From Mobula hypostoma (taxonomy: Eukaryota), in assembly GCF_963921235.1 (NCBI RefSeq), contig NC_086097.1:206400001-206464000 (forward strand): a DNA stretch of 64,000 nucleotides. The letters run 5' to 3'. The notes below the pieces were generated by a model, which was given only the letters and a program-made list of their open reading frames with translations, made no database searches and was not told the DNA's origin. Position 1 is the stretch's first letter. Each line of letters starts with the position of its first letter. Position numbers and translations under genes: made by a program. Positions 13,100-26,589 of this stretch are shown here, in pieces.

Positions 13100-13162
13100 C
13101 TTCTGTGTGAAGCATAGTTTCCAGTCACGTGGCCAGAGCCATCACAACCAGGCGTTGGACAC
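13100..13162 (-). CDS. ST18: ST18 coding exon L (63 nt, phase 2/2), finger 4
   Basis: Manual translation [20 protein letters not shown]; acceptor tacatgag|G (uncommon GAG), donor GAAG|gtgagt. Confidence 0.94.
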
Positions 13163-13319
13163 CTCATGTAATAAAGGAAAAATATGTTGAGAAAACTGTA
13201 CTGTGCAATACACTTAATCTGATTTTTCGTGAATTTGTTGGTTGCCATCTAACAACAAAGGATCTTCCGGTGAACTACTAAAATCATAGCAAACCACCGT
13301 CAATAGTGGGCAAATCACA

Positions 13320-13880
13320 TTTAGAACCACAGAACACTACAGCACAGAAAACAGGCCATTCGTCCCCTCTAGTCTGTGCCAAAATAGTATTCTGCTAGTC
13401 CCATTGACCTGCTTCCAGTCCATAACCCTCCAGACCTCTCCCATCCATGTACCTGTCCAATTTATTCTTAAAACTTAAGAGTGAGCCCACATTTACCATG
13501 TCAGATAGCAGCTTGTTCCACTCTCTGAGTGAAGTTCCCCCTAATGTTCCCCCTAAACCTTTCCCCTTTCACCCTAAAGCCATGCCCTCTCATATTTATC
13601 TCTCCTAATCTAAGTGGAAAGCGCGTATTCACATTTACTCCATGCTCCTCGTAATTTTGTAAACCTCTGTCAAATCTCCTCTCATTCTTCTACGCTCCAA
13701 GGAATAAAGTCCTAACCTGTTCAATCTTTCCCTGTAACTCAACTCCTGAACACCTGGCAACATCCTAGTTAATCTTCTCTGCACTCTTTCAATCTTACTG
13801 ATATCCTTCCTATAGTTAGGTGACCAGAACTGTACACAATACTCCAAATTTGTCCTCACCAATGTCTTATACAACCTCCA
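13320..13880 (-). mobile_element. CR1 LINE 3' fragment
   Basis: ORF 13635-13904: LYKTLVRTNLEYCVQFWSP...LERRRMRGDL; CR1-type 3' end near 13320. Confidence 0.9.
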
Positions 13881-15357
13881 ATCATATGGACTTTTCCTCA
13901 ACAAAGAGAAGCCAAATTAGAAATTAGTGTAAATTGTTGCATAGCCTGCTTTCAGCTGGCCTTGAAGAAACCTGCAGCTCTGGTACATTTTGCACAGCTG
14001 TCACCTCAATGCCAAACTCTAGAGTTGGCAATCTTGCTAAATTGTCCTGGGGACTCCAGGAATTAGTGATTAATTTTCTAGGTAGCGCTGCAAGCAATGT
14101 GGAAGAAAATGCATGAGGATGTTTCAAGGAACTGTGTTTACTTTATTTCATTACGATATTTTGCCAATTAGGAACAGCAATACTAGACTTGAAAATTAAG
14201 GCTATTTTACAGGATGGAGGAATTGGAAATGGCGATTATAGTAAGAACCAGGAATACAGTCACCATAGATGGCATCACTATTAAACACAAAAATATTATT
14301 CGTATCTTGAAAACATACCTCCTTAGATTTTCAATAAAGGTTTTACATTAGAGAGAACTAATGTCTAGGCATAGTCTGAAAGATATTTTCTTTGTTGCTA
14401 ATTGTTAACTAAATTATATCATAATGTAATGTAAAGCTTTTTTTCTACTTATGTGAAAAATTCATACCACTCCACCAATCACATAGAGATCTATGACTGC
14501 AAGTTTGATTGGTATCTGATGCAGCTACCTGTTGAGTTATGATAGGTTGTAAGCTGATATATCACAACCTGAACCAACAAAGCAAGCGGCATCCGTAGTG
14601 AGACATGTTTCTGGTGACAGGTTTTCAACCAAAAGCATTACTCCTACAGTCCATGTTTCACTGATGTCATCTAATCTGATGGATACTTTGAACAATTTCT
14701 CCTCCTACTCTTGTTTACTGTTATAAAAAAAGCACAGTCTGATCTTAGGTTAATTTTCACTCGTTTGTCTTCTTTCACTGTGATTAATTAACTCTACATT
14801 GTACCATAACTTCCCAGAAATCTTGGCAAGGTTACAAATATTAAATGTACAGAAATGTAGACAACCAGGCACTTGCGGATTCTTAATGTAACATGTTCTT
14901 ATACCACTGATGTGGATAACAAAATACATTCTCAATAGAGCAGTTTATTTCATCAACAGTTCCCCTGAAATGAGTAACCTGTAGTGGGATATACTGTTCG
15001 AAGCTCACAAGTCTCCATTGTGCACAACTCCAGGCAAATCGGTAATGAAGATTCTGAAACTGAATCTGATCCCATCATTTTTCCAGATGCAGCACATACA
15101 ACAAAAGCATCACTCACAAGTAACCAGGTACTAACCTGGCTAATATTCTCCCTCCATAGAGGATGGGAACAAAACCAATGAATTGTTGTCCCATCTAAGT
15201 CTAAATGGCTCAACTTCTGGTGAAGTCCAGAGCAGAGGAATTATTCTTCAAACACTCTTGGTTACAAATGATTGAAGAATACTGCCTTCCAATCATTCAA
15301 GACTGCCATTGAAAATAGTAATGGAAAAATACCAGAAATTTATACAAATGAGCATAC

Positions 15358-15426
15358 TTCAGTTCCTGGGAGCTTGCTGCCATTAGACTCTTGAGACTTT
15401 TGTCAGCCAAAGGACAACCAGATACA
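15358..15426 (-). CDS. ST18: ST18 coding exon K (69 nt, phase 2/2), end of finger 3 plus linker
   Basis: Manual translation SVSGCPLADKSLKSLMAASSQELK; tcttgcag|T and TGAA|gtatgc. Confidence 0.95.
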
Positions 15427-15824
15427 CTGCAAGAGAAAGAAAATATTTAATTATTCTATCTCTCTTATACTACTACAAATATAAAAACAAGAAAAAATAT
15501 ATGATAGAGGAATACAATACTTTTACCTGCCACCAATGAACCATGCTTTCAGATTCTCACTATCCAATCAGATAACTGGATATTAGGTTTTCCTTATTTC
15601 ATTGGATATATAAATTTTATACAGTAGATCCAATCAAAAAGTTGCCACAGAGTGCATATCATAAGAATATACAGCATTATTTAACTTCCTTAAATATTTT
15701 AGGTTTAAATTTTAAAAGAAAGTAAAATTAAAATATTAAATCAAAGGAAAAAGATACATTTTGAAATTTCTGAGTGTAATGTAATTTTGTGCTGTGGGGA
15801 AGGGCAAATTTGCAATATTAAAAA

Positions 15825-16420
15825 CAATCAGTGGCTACTTTATTGGGTACCTCCTGTACCTAATAAATTGGTGAATAAGTGTATGTTCATGGTCTTCTTC
15901 TGCTTAGTCCATCTACTTCAAAGTTCAATATGTTGTGCATTTAGAGATGCTTTGCTGCTCATGACTATTGGAACGTGTAGTTATTTGAGTTTCTGTTGCC
16001 CTCCTTTCAGCTTGAATCAATTTGGCCATTCTCCTCTGACCTCTCTCATTGACAGAGTGTTTTTTGCCCACAGAACTGCAGCTCACTGGATGGTTTTTTT
16101 TGTTTGCTTTTTTGCTCCATTCACAGTAAACTCTAGAGACCATGCGTGAAAATCCAGGAGATCAGCAGGTTCTGAATGACACAAATCACTCCATCTGGCA
16201 CCAACAATCATTCTACCGAATGGCATAAAAGCATGCAGACACAGTCAAGCAGTTTAGATCATATTTCTTCCCCATCTTGGTGTTTGTTCTAAACAACATC
16301 TAAACCTCTTGAACATTTCTGCATACTTTTATGCATTGAGATGCTGCCACATAATTGGCTGATTAGATATCTGTATTAAAACCAGGTGTACGGGTGTACC
16401 GAGAAAGTAGCTACTGAGTG
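15825..16420 (-). mobile_element. Internally deleted Tc1/mariner DNA transposon
   Basis: Imperfect TIRs (caatcagtggctactttattgggtacc / ggtgtaccgagaaagtagctactgagtg). ORF 15925-16143 VSRVYCEW...NERGQRRMAKLIQAERRAT..QIT resembles the Tc1 DNA-binding region. Confidence 0.85.
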
Positions 16421-16934
16421 GGTACTGGAAGTTAGGCAGTTCCACTTTCACCAGAACAATCAGTACTGTTTGTCAATCCTACATAAATTTTACTTTTCCT
16501 ATAACCAAATATATATGTAAAGATATCACATAATAAATAATCAGAAGAATATCATCTGCTTTTCTTTTTTTTACTAGTGGGGCAATAAGATCAAGAACCC
16601 TGGATTTCTTCATATTTTTGTCCGGTTTGCTTAGAAGTAGCTCAGGGTTAATGCCTTTGCCTTAGAGTCATCATTATGAGACTTTGGAGGGAGACATTTG
16701 TCTTCAGTTCTTTGGCTAGACCTGCATGAATTGAAGCAGCAATGAGTTGTATTCTGTTATTTTAAATCCCATTGATTTCTATATTAAATATACACATTTG
16801 ATATAAGAAAAAGCAGATTTCTGCCCTTACCTTTTGTTTTGATAATCATGGAGTCATAGGATCATGTGAGGGGATAAAAATAAAACACTATCTGACTTTT
16901 CCCTTCAGACAAAAACTGAAAATCACAAACATGC

Positions 16935-18260
16935 TACATAGAGTCATACCGTCAATGGACATTCGGCCCATCTAGTCCATGCGGAACTATTAATTTGCCT
17001 AGTCCCCTCGACCTGCACCCAGACCATAGCTCTTCATACCCCTCCCATCCATGTACCTATTCTCATTTCTCTCAATTATTGAGATTGACCCACATCCACT
17101 ATTTCCGTTGGTAGCTCATTCCACACTCTCACCACCATCTGAGTGAAAAAGTTTTCCCTTAAACATTTCACATTTCGCCTTTTAACCCATAACTTCCAGT
17201 TCTAGTCTCAAAAAACCCCTGTGGTAAAAGCCAGCTCCTTCCTATCTATATCTGCTATGCACCTCCTTCTTTTCAATATCTCTTGAAAACCAAAGTTCCC
17301 TATATCTTTTTACCCTTGTTTTTTATTCTGACAGGAACACACAAACTTTATACTCTCAAAATTTCACTTTTGAAGACCCCCCACTTACCAAATACACCTT
17401 TGTCAGAAAGCAAATTGCCCTAATCCACACTTGTTGGATCTTTTCTGATATCATTAAAGTTGGGCCTTCTCCAATTTTGAATCTCGTCCCAAGGACCAGA
17501 CTTAGCCTTCCCCATAATTATATTAAAATTAATGGCAGTATGATTACTAGATGCATAGTGTTCCCACTACAAACTTCTGTCACCTGCACTGTCTTATTCC
17601 CTAAAAGGAGATCTCATATCACAGCTCTGTAGTTGGGACATCTGTATATTCATTAAGGAAACTTTCCAGAGCATATTTGACAAACTCTATCTCATCCAGC
17701 CCTTTTACAACATGGGAATCCCGGTTAATATGTGTAAAGTTAAATTCACATATTGTAACAACATATGTTTTCTTCCAACAATTTCTTGCAACAATCTGCG
17801 ATCTTTCTGCAAATTTGCTCCTCAATCCCACTGACTGTGGTTTATAATAGAATCCCATTAACATGGTCACACTTTTTGATTCCTTTATAGCCCCAGTAGA
17901 TGAGCTTTCCAGCCTTGTGCACTGCTATGTCATTCTCCCTGATTGGTGTTGCCACCCGTCCCCCGTTAATCCCTCTTGCTATATCACATCTAAAATAAGG
18001 GAACCCCGGTACATTGAGCTGCCAGCCCTCCTCCTCCCACAATCAGGTTTCACCAATGGCTGCAGTGTCATAAATCTACATGCTGATCCATGCCCTAAGC
18101 TTATCTGCCTTTCCTATAATACTTACATTGAAATATACACTATACAACTCAGAACATTAGTTCCACCACGCTCAACCTTTTGATTCCTGTCTTTGTATGT
18201 AGGCTTAACAATATCTTTCCCCACAAACACTCCAGTATTTGCTCTGGCACTCTGGTTCCC
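16935..18260 (-). mobile_element. Internally deleted or composite CR1 LINE fragments
   Basis: 3' end at ~16935-17250; endonuclease remnants (GWQLNVPGF..FRCD..GGRVA; MGFYYKP) at 17600-18200. Confidence 0.8.
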
Positions 18261-18929
18261 AGATATCTATATAGTGTGTTCAGTTGAATGAGCAGAGCAA
18301 GCAGTTTAGTTATCTTAAGGACAAATACACAGCTACAAGGGAGGGGTGTTTAATTTAGCTACCAACTGCAGGCCACGTTTCTGCTTTTAACTGATACTGT
18401 TGCCGTCAGATTGCATAATGAGAAATTATGCTTATTTGTGTAATATTTTTGCAACGTAATTTAGGCTGTAGTTAACCACACTACTGACTGAGAGCAGTAG
18501 CAGCAGAAAACAAGAGAAAGCAAGTTGTAAACTTGCACTTTGTTCATCAGTACCACAGCTTAGAACCACATATACTGTATACAAGCATATCTGAACTGCA
18601 CTCCTGCCCAATAAATATGAGCATGTTCACTTTCTTAAAACTGAAACAAAAATATGCAGTAACTTTACATAAGTTCTAGGAAATACAAATGAACTTGCGG
18701 ACATTTGCAGGAGTTTAAGACTCGATACTGCAAGTATAAGACTATTTTTGCTTCCTTGCAGATGGGAACCTCCATTTGCAACTTGAGCACAGCCAACTGA
18801 TTACCAAACCTAACACACTTATATAGGTGAAAGGATTACAGTGCAAATTAGTGAATCCTATCATTTTAATAAACCAAATACAGGGTAAAAGTCAATATAT
18901 AACAATGCTATTATGATAAAACCTGTTTA

Positions 18930-19100
<171 letters not shown>

Positions 19101-19779
19101 TCAGCAATACCTGCAACAGTAAGATGGGCTTTAACATGTCATTTACAGTTTCAGAACATTGAAAAGCACACTTAACTGAAGACATAGGTGCCAATTTGTT
19201 AATGAAATGATGGTGAACATAAATTAGTTCCAGAATTGAAGTGGAATTTAAGTTAAATGATCTGTATATTAAATACATGTTGATTTCAGAATTCTCTGCA
19301 ATTCCTCCTGTGAAACCACAACCAAAGTCCTGATTTAACTGGATTTCAATGACATCATGTTGAAACTGTAGCATTGTAGATCTGAGTTAGAAACTTTTAC
19401 AAAACCTTTCTGCCAATTATTTGGTGTGCATACATGCTCACGACATAATTCAAATTACTTTAGCATTCTTTTTGAAGTTTCTTCCAAATTCTCCCAATTA
19501 ACTCCCAGGACATATGGACAAAATAGGTTTTTTAGAATGTTATAGGTTGTTGAAGTGAAAAGAGAAATTGACATACTGTATATGTATGTTATTTTCCTTG
19601 AGATGGCTAGAGAATTTGAGATGTCATATTAACATTGAGGTTATAAGTGTTATAAGTGAAGAATTAACAGAACAAAAGTTCTAATGGTAGATGGATAAAA
19701 ATGAAGAACTGATGGTCTTTAAATTCAGCTTTATGAAAATGTTTTATGTATTCTGAGACTGAATTGAGTTGGAGGATTA

Positions 19780-19955
19780 ACAAACTCAGCAGGTCGAGCA
19801 GCATTTGTGGGAAGAAAGAAATTGTCAAAGTTTTGGGTGAAAATCCTGCATTAAGACCTGATGCAAGATTCTGACCTAAAGCACTGCTCAATTTGTTGAA
19901 TTCCCCCAGCAGATTGTTACTCCAGATTCCAGCATCTGCAGTCTTTTGTGTCTTA
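19780..19955. mobile_element. Inverted pair of short Penelope-like terminal-repeat fragments
   Basis: actcagcaggtcgagcagcatttgtgg on the left arm, ccagcatctgcagtcttttgtgtct on the right arm, centre ~19855. Confidence 0.55.
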
Positions 19956-20889
19956 ATTGGTTTGTGGGATGGATTGGTGAATGCTGTTGAGTACGTCAGC
20001 CATGAAATATAACTATGGATCACAAGCACCCATCGAACATTTGAAGCCCATCACGCATACATTGGTAACGGCAATCGTAGTACACAACACATTTGATATC
20101 ACTACTGCAACAACAGAGAGCAAATAAGGGACAAGCAGGCACCAAGCATTAATACAAGTGCAGAGTCAAAAAGGTACATTTATAAAATGGGGTTTTACCA
20201 GTGTACAGTAATTGTTGGGGAATCCATGAAAAAAGACACTAGCAGTTTCACCTCCAATGTAACAAACAGGTCAAATTTCAGTTCATTATTCAGATGAGAC
20301 AATCTACTTATTTTCTAAGAGAGTTGTTTGGGATTCAAGAGCTTTGATTATCTTTCTGGTTGACTTTTTCTGACTCCATGAGTTCCAATGCAGCATAGAA
20401 TTGCTAGACCTCTGCTCACTTCCTAGTAATGCTCATGACAGTGCTTGCAAAGCACCACACTTCCAGATGAGACAGGATACTGTGCACGCTTGGCTTGTTT
20501 GTAGATCAGGCATAACTGAAGACAATATGTGCAGTCAACGTGTACAACAGTGCAAAAGGCCAATGACCTGCAATGCCTATGCACATTATGCTCACTTGCA
20601 TTAAAGTAACTCTCCAACAGGCCCGGACAAAACCCTCATGGAACCTCCTCTGTGTATCTCAGTGGAAGGTAGAAGTTAGAGGATAATATTACAGTATTAT
20701 TAAAACTATAAGCTTAAAGGTTCAGCTAATGTCCAGATTCAAATTTTAGAGATTTATGAAAATTATTCCAGTGATGAGGGATTATACCTACTTGGAAAAA
20801 TTAGGAAAAGCTGATATTGTTCTCTTTGGAACGACAGAGCTTGATAGCATTTTTAAGATCATGAAGAGTGTAGGTAGAGTAGGATAAGG

Positions 20890-21340
20890 TATAATATCAC
20901 TGACATATGTTGTGAAATTTGTTGTTCTGAGGCAGCAGTAGAGTGCGATGCATAAAATATACTACTAATTGTAATAAGCAATATATATATAGTGTAAAAA
21001 GAGAGCAAAATTATGGTGAGGTAGATTTCTTATCTGTTCTGAAATCTGATGGCAGAGGGGATGAAGCTGTTCCTAAAACGTTAAGCATGTGTCTTCAGAC
21101 TCTTGAACCTTCTCTTTGATGGTAGTAATGAGAAGAGTATACAGTATATCCTGAGTGGTGAGGGCTCCTATTGATGGATGCCACCTTTTTGAGGCATCAC
21201 CTTTTAAAGATACTGTATCCTCAATGGCAGCTAGACGAATGCCCATGATGGAACTGGCTGAGTTTACAACCCTCTGCAGATTTTTCTGATCCTGTGCAGT
21301 TGCACCTCCATACCAGGCAGTGATGCAACCAATTAGAATG
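20890..21340 (-). mobile_element. Rex1/Babar-like LINE 3' fragment
   Basis: Reverse complement of the gcctggtatgg...cacccaggat...ctaccatca...aggaacagcttc block seen in other copies; embedded in a CR1 3' fragment (~20740-21655). Confidence 0.7.
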
Positions 21341-21713
21341 CCATTAGATAGAGAGAAGCTGTTTCTACTGAGGGTGGGTTAAGAGCCAGGGGCATAGAGT
21401 AAGGCAGTAGGCAAATGAAGCAAAAATCACATAAGGCAAAATACTTTTACACAGTGAGTGATAGAGACTGGAATTTATTAGCAAGGCAATAACAGAGCCA
21501 GACTCATAATGTTGAGTTGCATAACTGTTAGTCAAAAAAAGAACTTGCAGGACTATGGGAAGAGAGAAGGGAAATGGAGCTAGCTGGATTGCACTCTCAT
21601 GATTGCAAGCCTCATGGCTACCTTCCATGCTGCAAAAATCCTGAGTTTTTGTGATTTTATTAGCTTATTGCTGCATCATACAAATAGAGAATAAATGGTG
21701 CACTGCAACTCAC

Positions 21714-21820
21714 GTAATTAGCTCCTTCTTTGAGTCTTTGTTTGGAACTTTGGACTGAGGACTAGGAATCGTAACCTCACCAGGATACCTCCTCTCTTCC
21801 TCTGGACCAATGTCTTCTTT
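21714..21820 (-). CDS. ST18: ST18 coding exon I (107 nt)
   Basis: [36 protein letters not shown]; acctacag|AAA and TTAC|gtgagt. Confidence 0.92.
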
Positions 21821-23182
21821 CTGTAGGTATAATAAGTGAGACAACAAGGTGATGAAATGGTCTGGGTGTAGTTGGCCATTCCAGCACACAAAATGACATT
21901 CCATTCAGGGAAAACGTTGCTTTATGCTTCACGCACAAATCTACATACTTGATTGTAAAATCTGACAAAGAACAGCACAATTGGACCTCAATTTAAAATA
22001 TATAAAGAAATATAAAATTATTAGTATAATTTCTTCAATGAAAACTTCTCAATTGGTGAGCTTCATGAATTAAAAGTCAACACTGATCAGTGAGACCATA
22101 GGCAGTTGAGAATTTTAAAAGTGCAGCTTTGCTAAACTGATGCCAAATGTCAGTGGCCACAAATGGAATGATAAACAGGGCATTCTGTCAGTTAAGGGAC
22201 AGCATCAATCACATCATTGAAACACGGCATTAATTCACCCCTATGACTAACTCTCTAAGAATGAGCTTTTTTTCATAAAAGGTACAGAATTATTTTCTAA
22301 TTCAATTCTAGTCAGTCAGATCTTCAAAAATAGCTGCCAATTATTCTTGCTTAAAAGATCCAGTTTAATCATTGTGGTGTCATTGAAAGACTAAAAAAAA
22401 AATCAAATGCAACCCATATGAAATTAGAAAGATGCCCTAGTCATGGTTTATTTCCCCAGGGCCATTGTTAGGTTTGTGGGTGGAATCTGTGTTTGGTATG
22501 AAGTTTTTAATACTAGAGGAAAATATTACTAAACCTCCAGTTGAAGCAATTGTAATTTGCAGTTCAAATTCGACAATGTTTTGTGTAATGTCAGGGAAAT
22601 TGTGCCAAGGAAAGTGCAAGCAGTTGAAAACTCCAGGCCAACATAACACTATGTGTTATGTCTTAACACTAAGTCTTAACACAAAGCAGTCATGAATAGT
22701 ACATGCTTCAAAGTGGGCAGATGATGGAAGAATGATACATCTCAGACTGCAACTAGACTTTCATGTTTATGTATGTTTGCTAATGCTACTAGTCAGCTTG
22801 TGTAAAATAATAGTAAATGCCAGTAGCCTTCCTATTATTTTTATAATAAATTGTGACCCCATAGACCACAACTTAATCTGTAATGTAAAGGTTTAAATCA
22901 TGTATTTTAATGTAAAATTCAAGTGGAAAGTTGTGGTTGTAGAGAAATAATGAAAATGAATACATTGGAAGTAATGGATTGCAGGTGTGCTTTCCAGACT
23001 CGGACTTCTGTAACCTCTGCTCCGATGGAAACAATGGATAACAAAATCCCCACAAGAGCTTGCTTTCACAAATGATTCCATAATAAAATTAACAGTTAAT
23101 CTACACCAGAGCACCTGGCAACAGCAACTCACAAGTCTACACAGACTTCATGAATTATCAGAGAGAAAGCCCTTTGAGTTAC

Positions 23183-23419
23183 CTCTTTATCCTCTTCCTT
23201 TTGTATTTGTGCTTTAGTGTAGTTAACAGGTGCATCCCATCCTTCTTGTTCGCACAGTGCTTGGTAGTACTGAGGAGTTATCAAGATACTGTTTAGGTAC
23301 GGTGGGGGAGATTCTGGTGTGGTTACTGCAGAACTGCAAGTGGTGACCTTGTCCCGGTTTCTATTTTTGTTCATGCTTAGGTCAAGAGTTCCATTTTCAT
23401 CCACTTCTATATCTGTGTT
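23183..23419 (-). CDS. ST18: ST18 coding exon H (237 nt, phase 0/0)
   Basis: NTDIEVDENGTLDLSMNK...YQALCEQEGWDAPVNYTK...EEDKE; taatacag|AAC and AGAG|gtaact. Confidence 0.95.
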
Positions 23420-24079
23420 CTGTATTAAGAAATTCCCATAACTATTATTATTTGTCATTGTATGTGATCAACAGTACTCTATTAAAGGGGGATCTACAGT
23501 GCTGTATTAGGGAGGTTACATTACTTTGATGATACATTTCAGAAGATCAATCAGCAATGTGGATATACAGTTTTCACATGTTCCTTTAAATGGAAATTTA
23601 ATCCAGTGATTCAATAAAAAAAATTCATCATCTGTCAGAACTCAAAGTTTGCAAAAGAAAACCTCTGATCCTTCAACAGGGATTTGACAGTAACTATTTT
23701 TGTAGAAATTTGTGGCATTAAGACACTTCTTGACCTCATGACTAAGATGTAAAATTAATACAAAGAAAAAGATTTGCTTTTGGTTTTCAAAGCATGATTT
23801 GAGCAGACAGTTATTAAGCTTTACAATTAGTTTCTTTTTAGTTGGGTGGCATCTAAACTGTTTGCAATGTTACCATGTGAGACATTTGTCAGTCCTCTAT
23901 CAAAATTCAGTCTGTTGTCCATAAGCATTAATTCATTTAAAATGACATAATTCCCAGATTCTAGTCAATGTTCTAATAAAATAATTATAAAAAATGAAAT
24001 GGAATTGTCGATCTGCATCTTGTTGAGAATTTAAAGTGCGTCACTAGTGCAAATGTCTCCTAGTTTTGGCAAAAACATG

Positions 24080-24765
24080 CAATCATATAGTGCAAAAAAA
24101 GGCTCTTTGACCATGACAACTATCGAGTACCCTACTATACTAACCAATCTTCCACCACAATGGCCACATTAGCAATTTCAGTGCTTGTCGGATATCTAAG
24201 TGCTTTGAAAGTATCTGATTTCCTCACTTATTCAGGCAGTACATTCCAGATTCTAACCACCTTTTTAGTGAAAAATATTTTCTTACATCCTCTCTAGATT
24301 TTCCCCACCCCCAGTCCAACCACCGTCCCCACCCATCCTAAACCTATGGTGTTCAGTTTTAGAAGCTTCTGTTGCACAGAAACCTTTCCTAATAACTACC
24401 CAATTCATATCCCTCCAACGTTTTCTGGCATTGAGGCTCTTGACGAACTTTCATTGTCCTGTTCTCATGGATTAGATGCAGGTTGTACTGTAAATGTATT
24501 TTCAAATATTGATGAAAAATTTGTTTTCACTTTTCAAAGCATGAGAACAGAAACTTAGTAATTATAGTTTACAGTTAGATTCATTACTAAATTCTATACT
24601 TGTAAATTACTGTTGCGTCTGCATCACCGGTCTCCTCTGATCCAAGGAAAGTAAATCCAGCCTATTCAGTTGCTCCTCATAAGTGAAATGTTCCAGCTCA
24701 TGTCACACGCTGGTGAATCTTCTCTGCACCCTCTTTGATGCAATTATAATCTTCCTGTAGTGTGC
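24080..24765 (-). mobile_element. Old CR1 3' fragments
   Basis: cattccagattctaaccacc..gtgaaaaa and cgctggtgaatcttctctgcaccct motifs. Confidence 0.6.
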
Positions 24766-25549
24766 CAACCAGGACCCATATAACGGTATTACCAATGCTT
24801 TTTCACAACCCTCTGGTCTTAAATTCTATGCTGACATCTTCAGGGATCATTGGACCTTTACAAAAAGGTCTTTCTGTTTCTCAATGCTCCCTAAGGTCCC
24901 ATGATGTGGTTGTATTTCTTGGAAACCATTCATATTGTGATTTCCTATAACACAAACCTCCTGTTCCCGTCACACCCCATGTTACAAACAGTGATGAGTG
25001 TCTATGGAATGTTTTTTCTCTCACATTAAGCCATTTTGCCAGTGATAGCAAAGTGACCCACTGCTATTATTTAACAGCTGATGAAAATATTAAACTTGGG
25101 GGGTGATCATGGCTCGATCAACATAAAATATTGTCAATTTTGATTTTTAGTCAGACAATATGGTGAGGCAATGAGATTTGGATAATATGGCACCGTATCA
25201 ATTGGGATGGCATTCACAGCGGAGTCCTTCCTTTGCCAAACCATCTCCTGTTCAAGGACTTGTGAACAGATATCTCCGAGTGCAGCATAGGCACGTTCTT
25301 CATCTGTGAGGCATTTCTTCTGTTGTACATGGCTTATAGAGTAGTAAATGGTATAGGAAGTTGGATGCAGCATCCCAATTAACAATTAGCACCACACTAA
25401 CTATTTAATATGGCTATAGAGGTGCCAACCAACCAAAATCCTGGAAGCCTTCCATTTTCATAGGTCACATATAGTAATCCAAATTTATAATTTCTATCAA
25501 GAAAGACAGAATTACAACTAAGTCTATGACAATGAGCAAGACTACTACA

Positions 25550-25750
25550 TATCTACTAATCCTATTTGATTTGCCCTAAATTCCTATCAGTTCCCTTCCT
25601 GATCCTATCACTCACCTACAGACTAACCAAAAGTTCAGGATGTGGGAGGAAATCAGGAAACACTGTAGTCACAGGGAGAATGTGCAGACTCCACGTGATC
25701 AGGATCAAACCTGGGCTTGCAGAGCAGTGAGGAAGCCGCTGCACCAACAT
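25550..25750 (-). mobile_element. V-domain SINE fragment
   Basis: ggatgtgggaggaaa...cacagggagaatgtgcagactccac is the reverse complement of the V core. Confidence 0.7.
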
Positions 25751-25950
25751 TGCAATCGTATGTCAGACATCACGTTGAACATAAGTTTTATTCATACTTA
25801 AAGAGAATGGAATTAATCTCAATAGCTGGAAGGTGAATGTTGGCATGATATGAAATTAATATGTCAAAATTCAAATGCTATTCTGCCATTTTTATTGTAT
25901 GCTATTAAAGGAATTAGGCACATACATGTTGTTGCAGTCAGAAGAATTAA

Positions 25951-26265
25951 AGTAAAGGCATCCGTTAGTCTTGCGAGACCATGGATCTGCACCTGGAAAG
26001 TCTTCACTCTCCAGGGCGTAGGCCTGGGCAAGGTTGTGTGGAAGACCAGCAGTGGCCCATGCTGCAAGTCTCCCCTCTCCACGACACCAGTGTTGTCCAA
26101 GAGAAGGGCATTAGGACCCATACAGCTGGGCACCGGTGTCGTCGCAGAGCAATGTGTGATTAAGTGACTTGCTCAAGGACACAACACGTTGCCTTGGCTG
26201 GGGCTCGAACTCACGATCTTCAGGTCACTAGTCCAATGCCTTAACCACTTGGCCACGTGCCCACC
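25951..26265 (-). mobile_element. Full-length tRNA-derived SINE with CORE-like domain and 8-bp TSD
   Basis: Minus strand: A box TGGCCAAGTGG, B box GAGTTCGAGCC, then tgtgtccttgagcaagtcacttaa. Direct repeat agaattaa at 25943-25950 and 26266-26273. Confidence 0.88.
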
Positions 26266-26589
26266 AGAATTAAGCCATTCATTAAAATACGAATTGTGAG
26301 AATAACATGCTGTATAAATGTGTCAAAGATTCTTCTTTCAAGACAATCAATAGAAACATCCATTTTGAGAAATTCCAGCCTTCCACACATTCTTTTCTTT
26401 GCCTGGATGAACCATTATGTCTTAAAACCTTTTCAACTTTTTGCATGGAAAAATTCATGGCTGATGAACCAAATACAACCCATGAGATTTATAAGACATT
26501 TTCTAAGAATGTTTCATAAATGAAATTTCAGTAAGGTTGTAGTTTCAGATTCTAATTTTTTTTTCAAATTCCTACTTGAACTTCAGAAT

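Noticed and set aside
26190..26265. tRNA gene
   Set aside because: The tRNA-like head runs into a SINE body, and the whole unit is flanked by a TSD.
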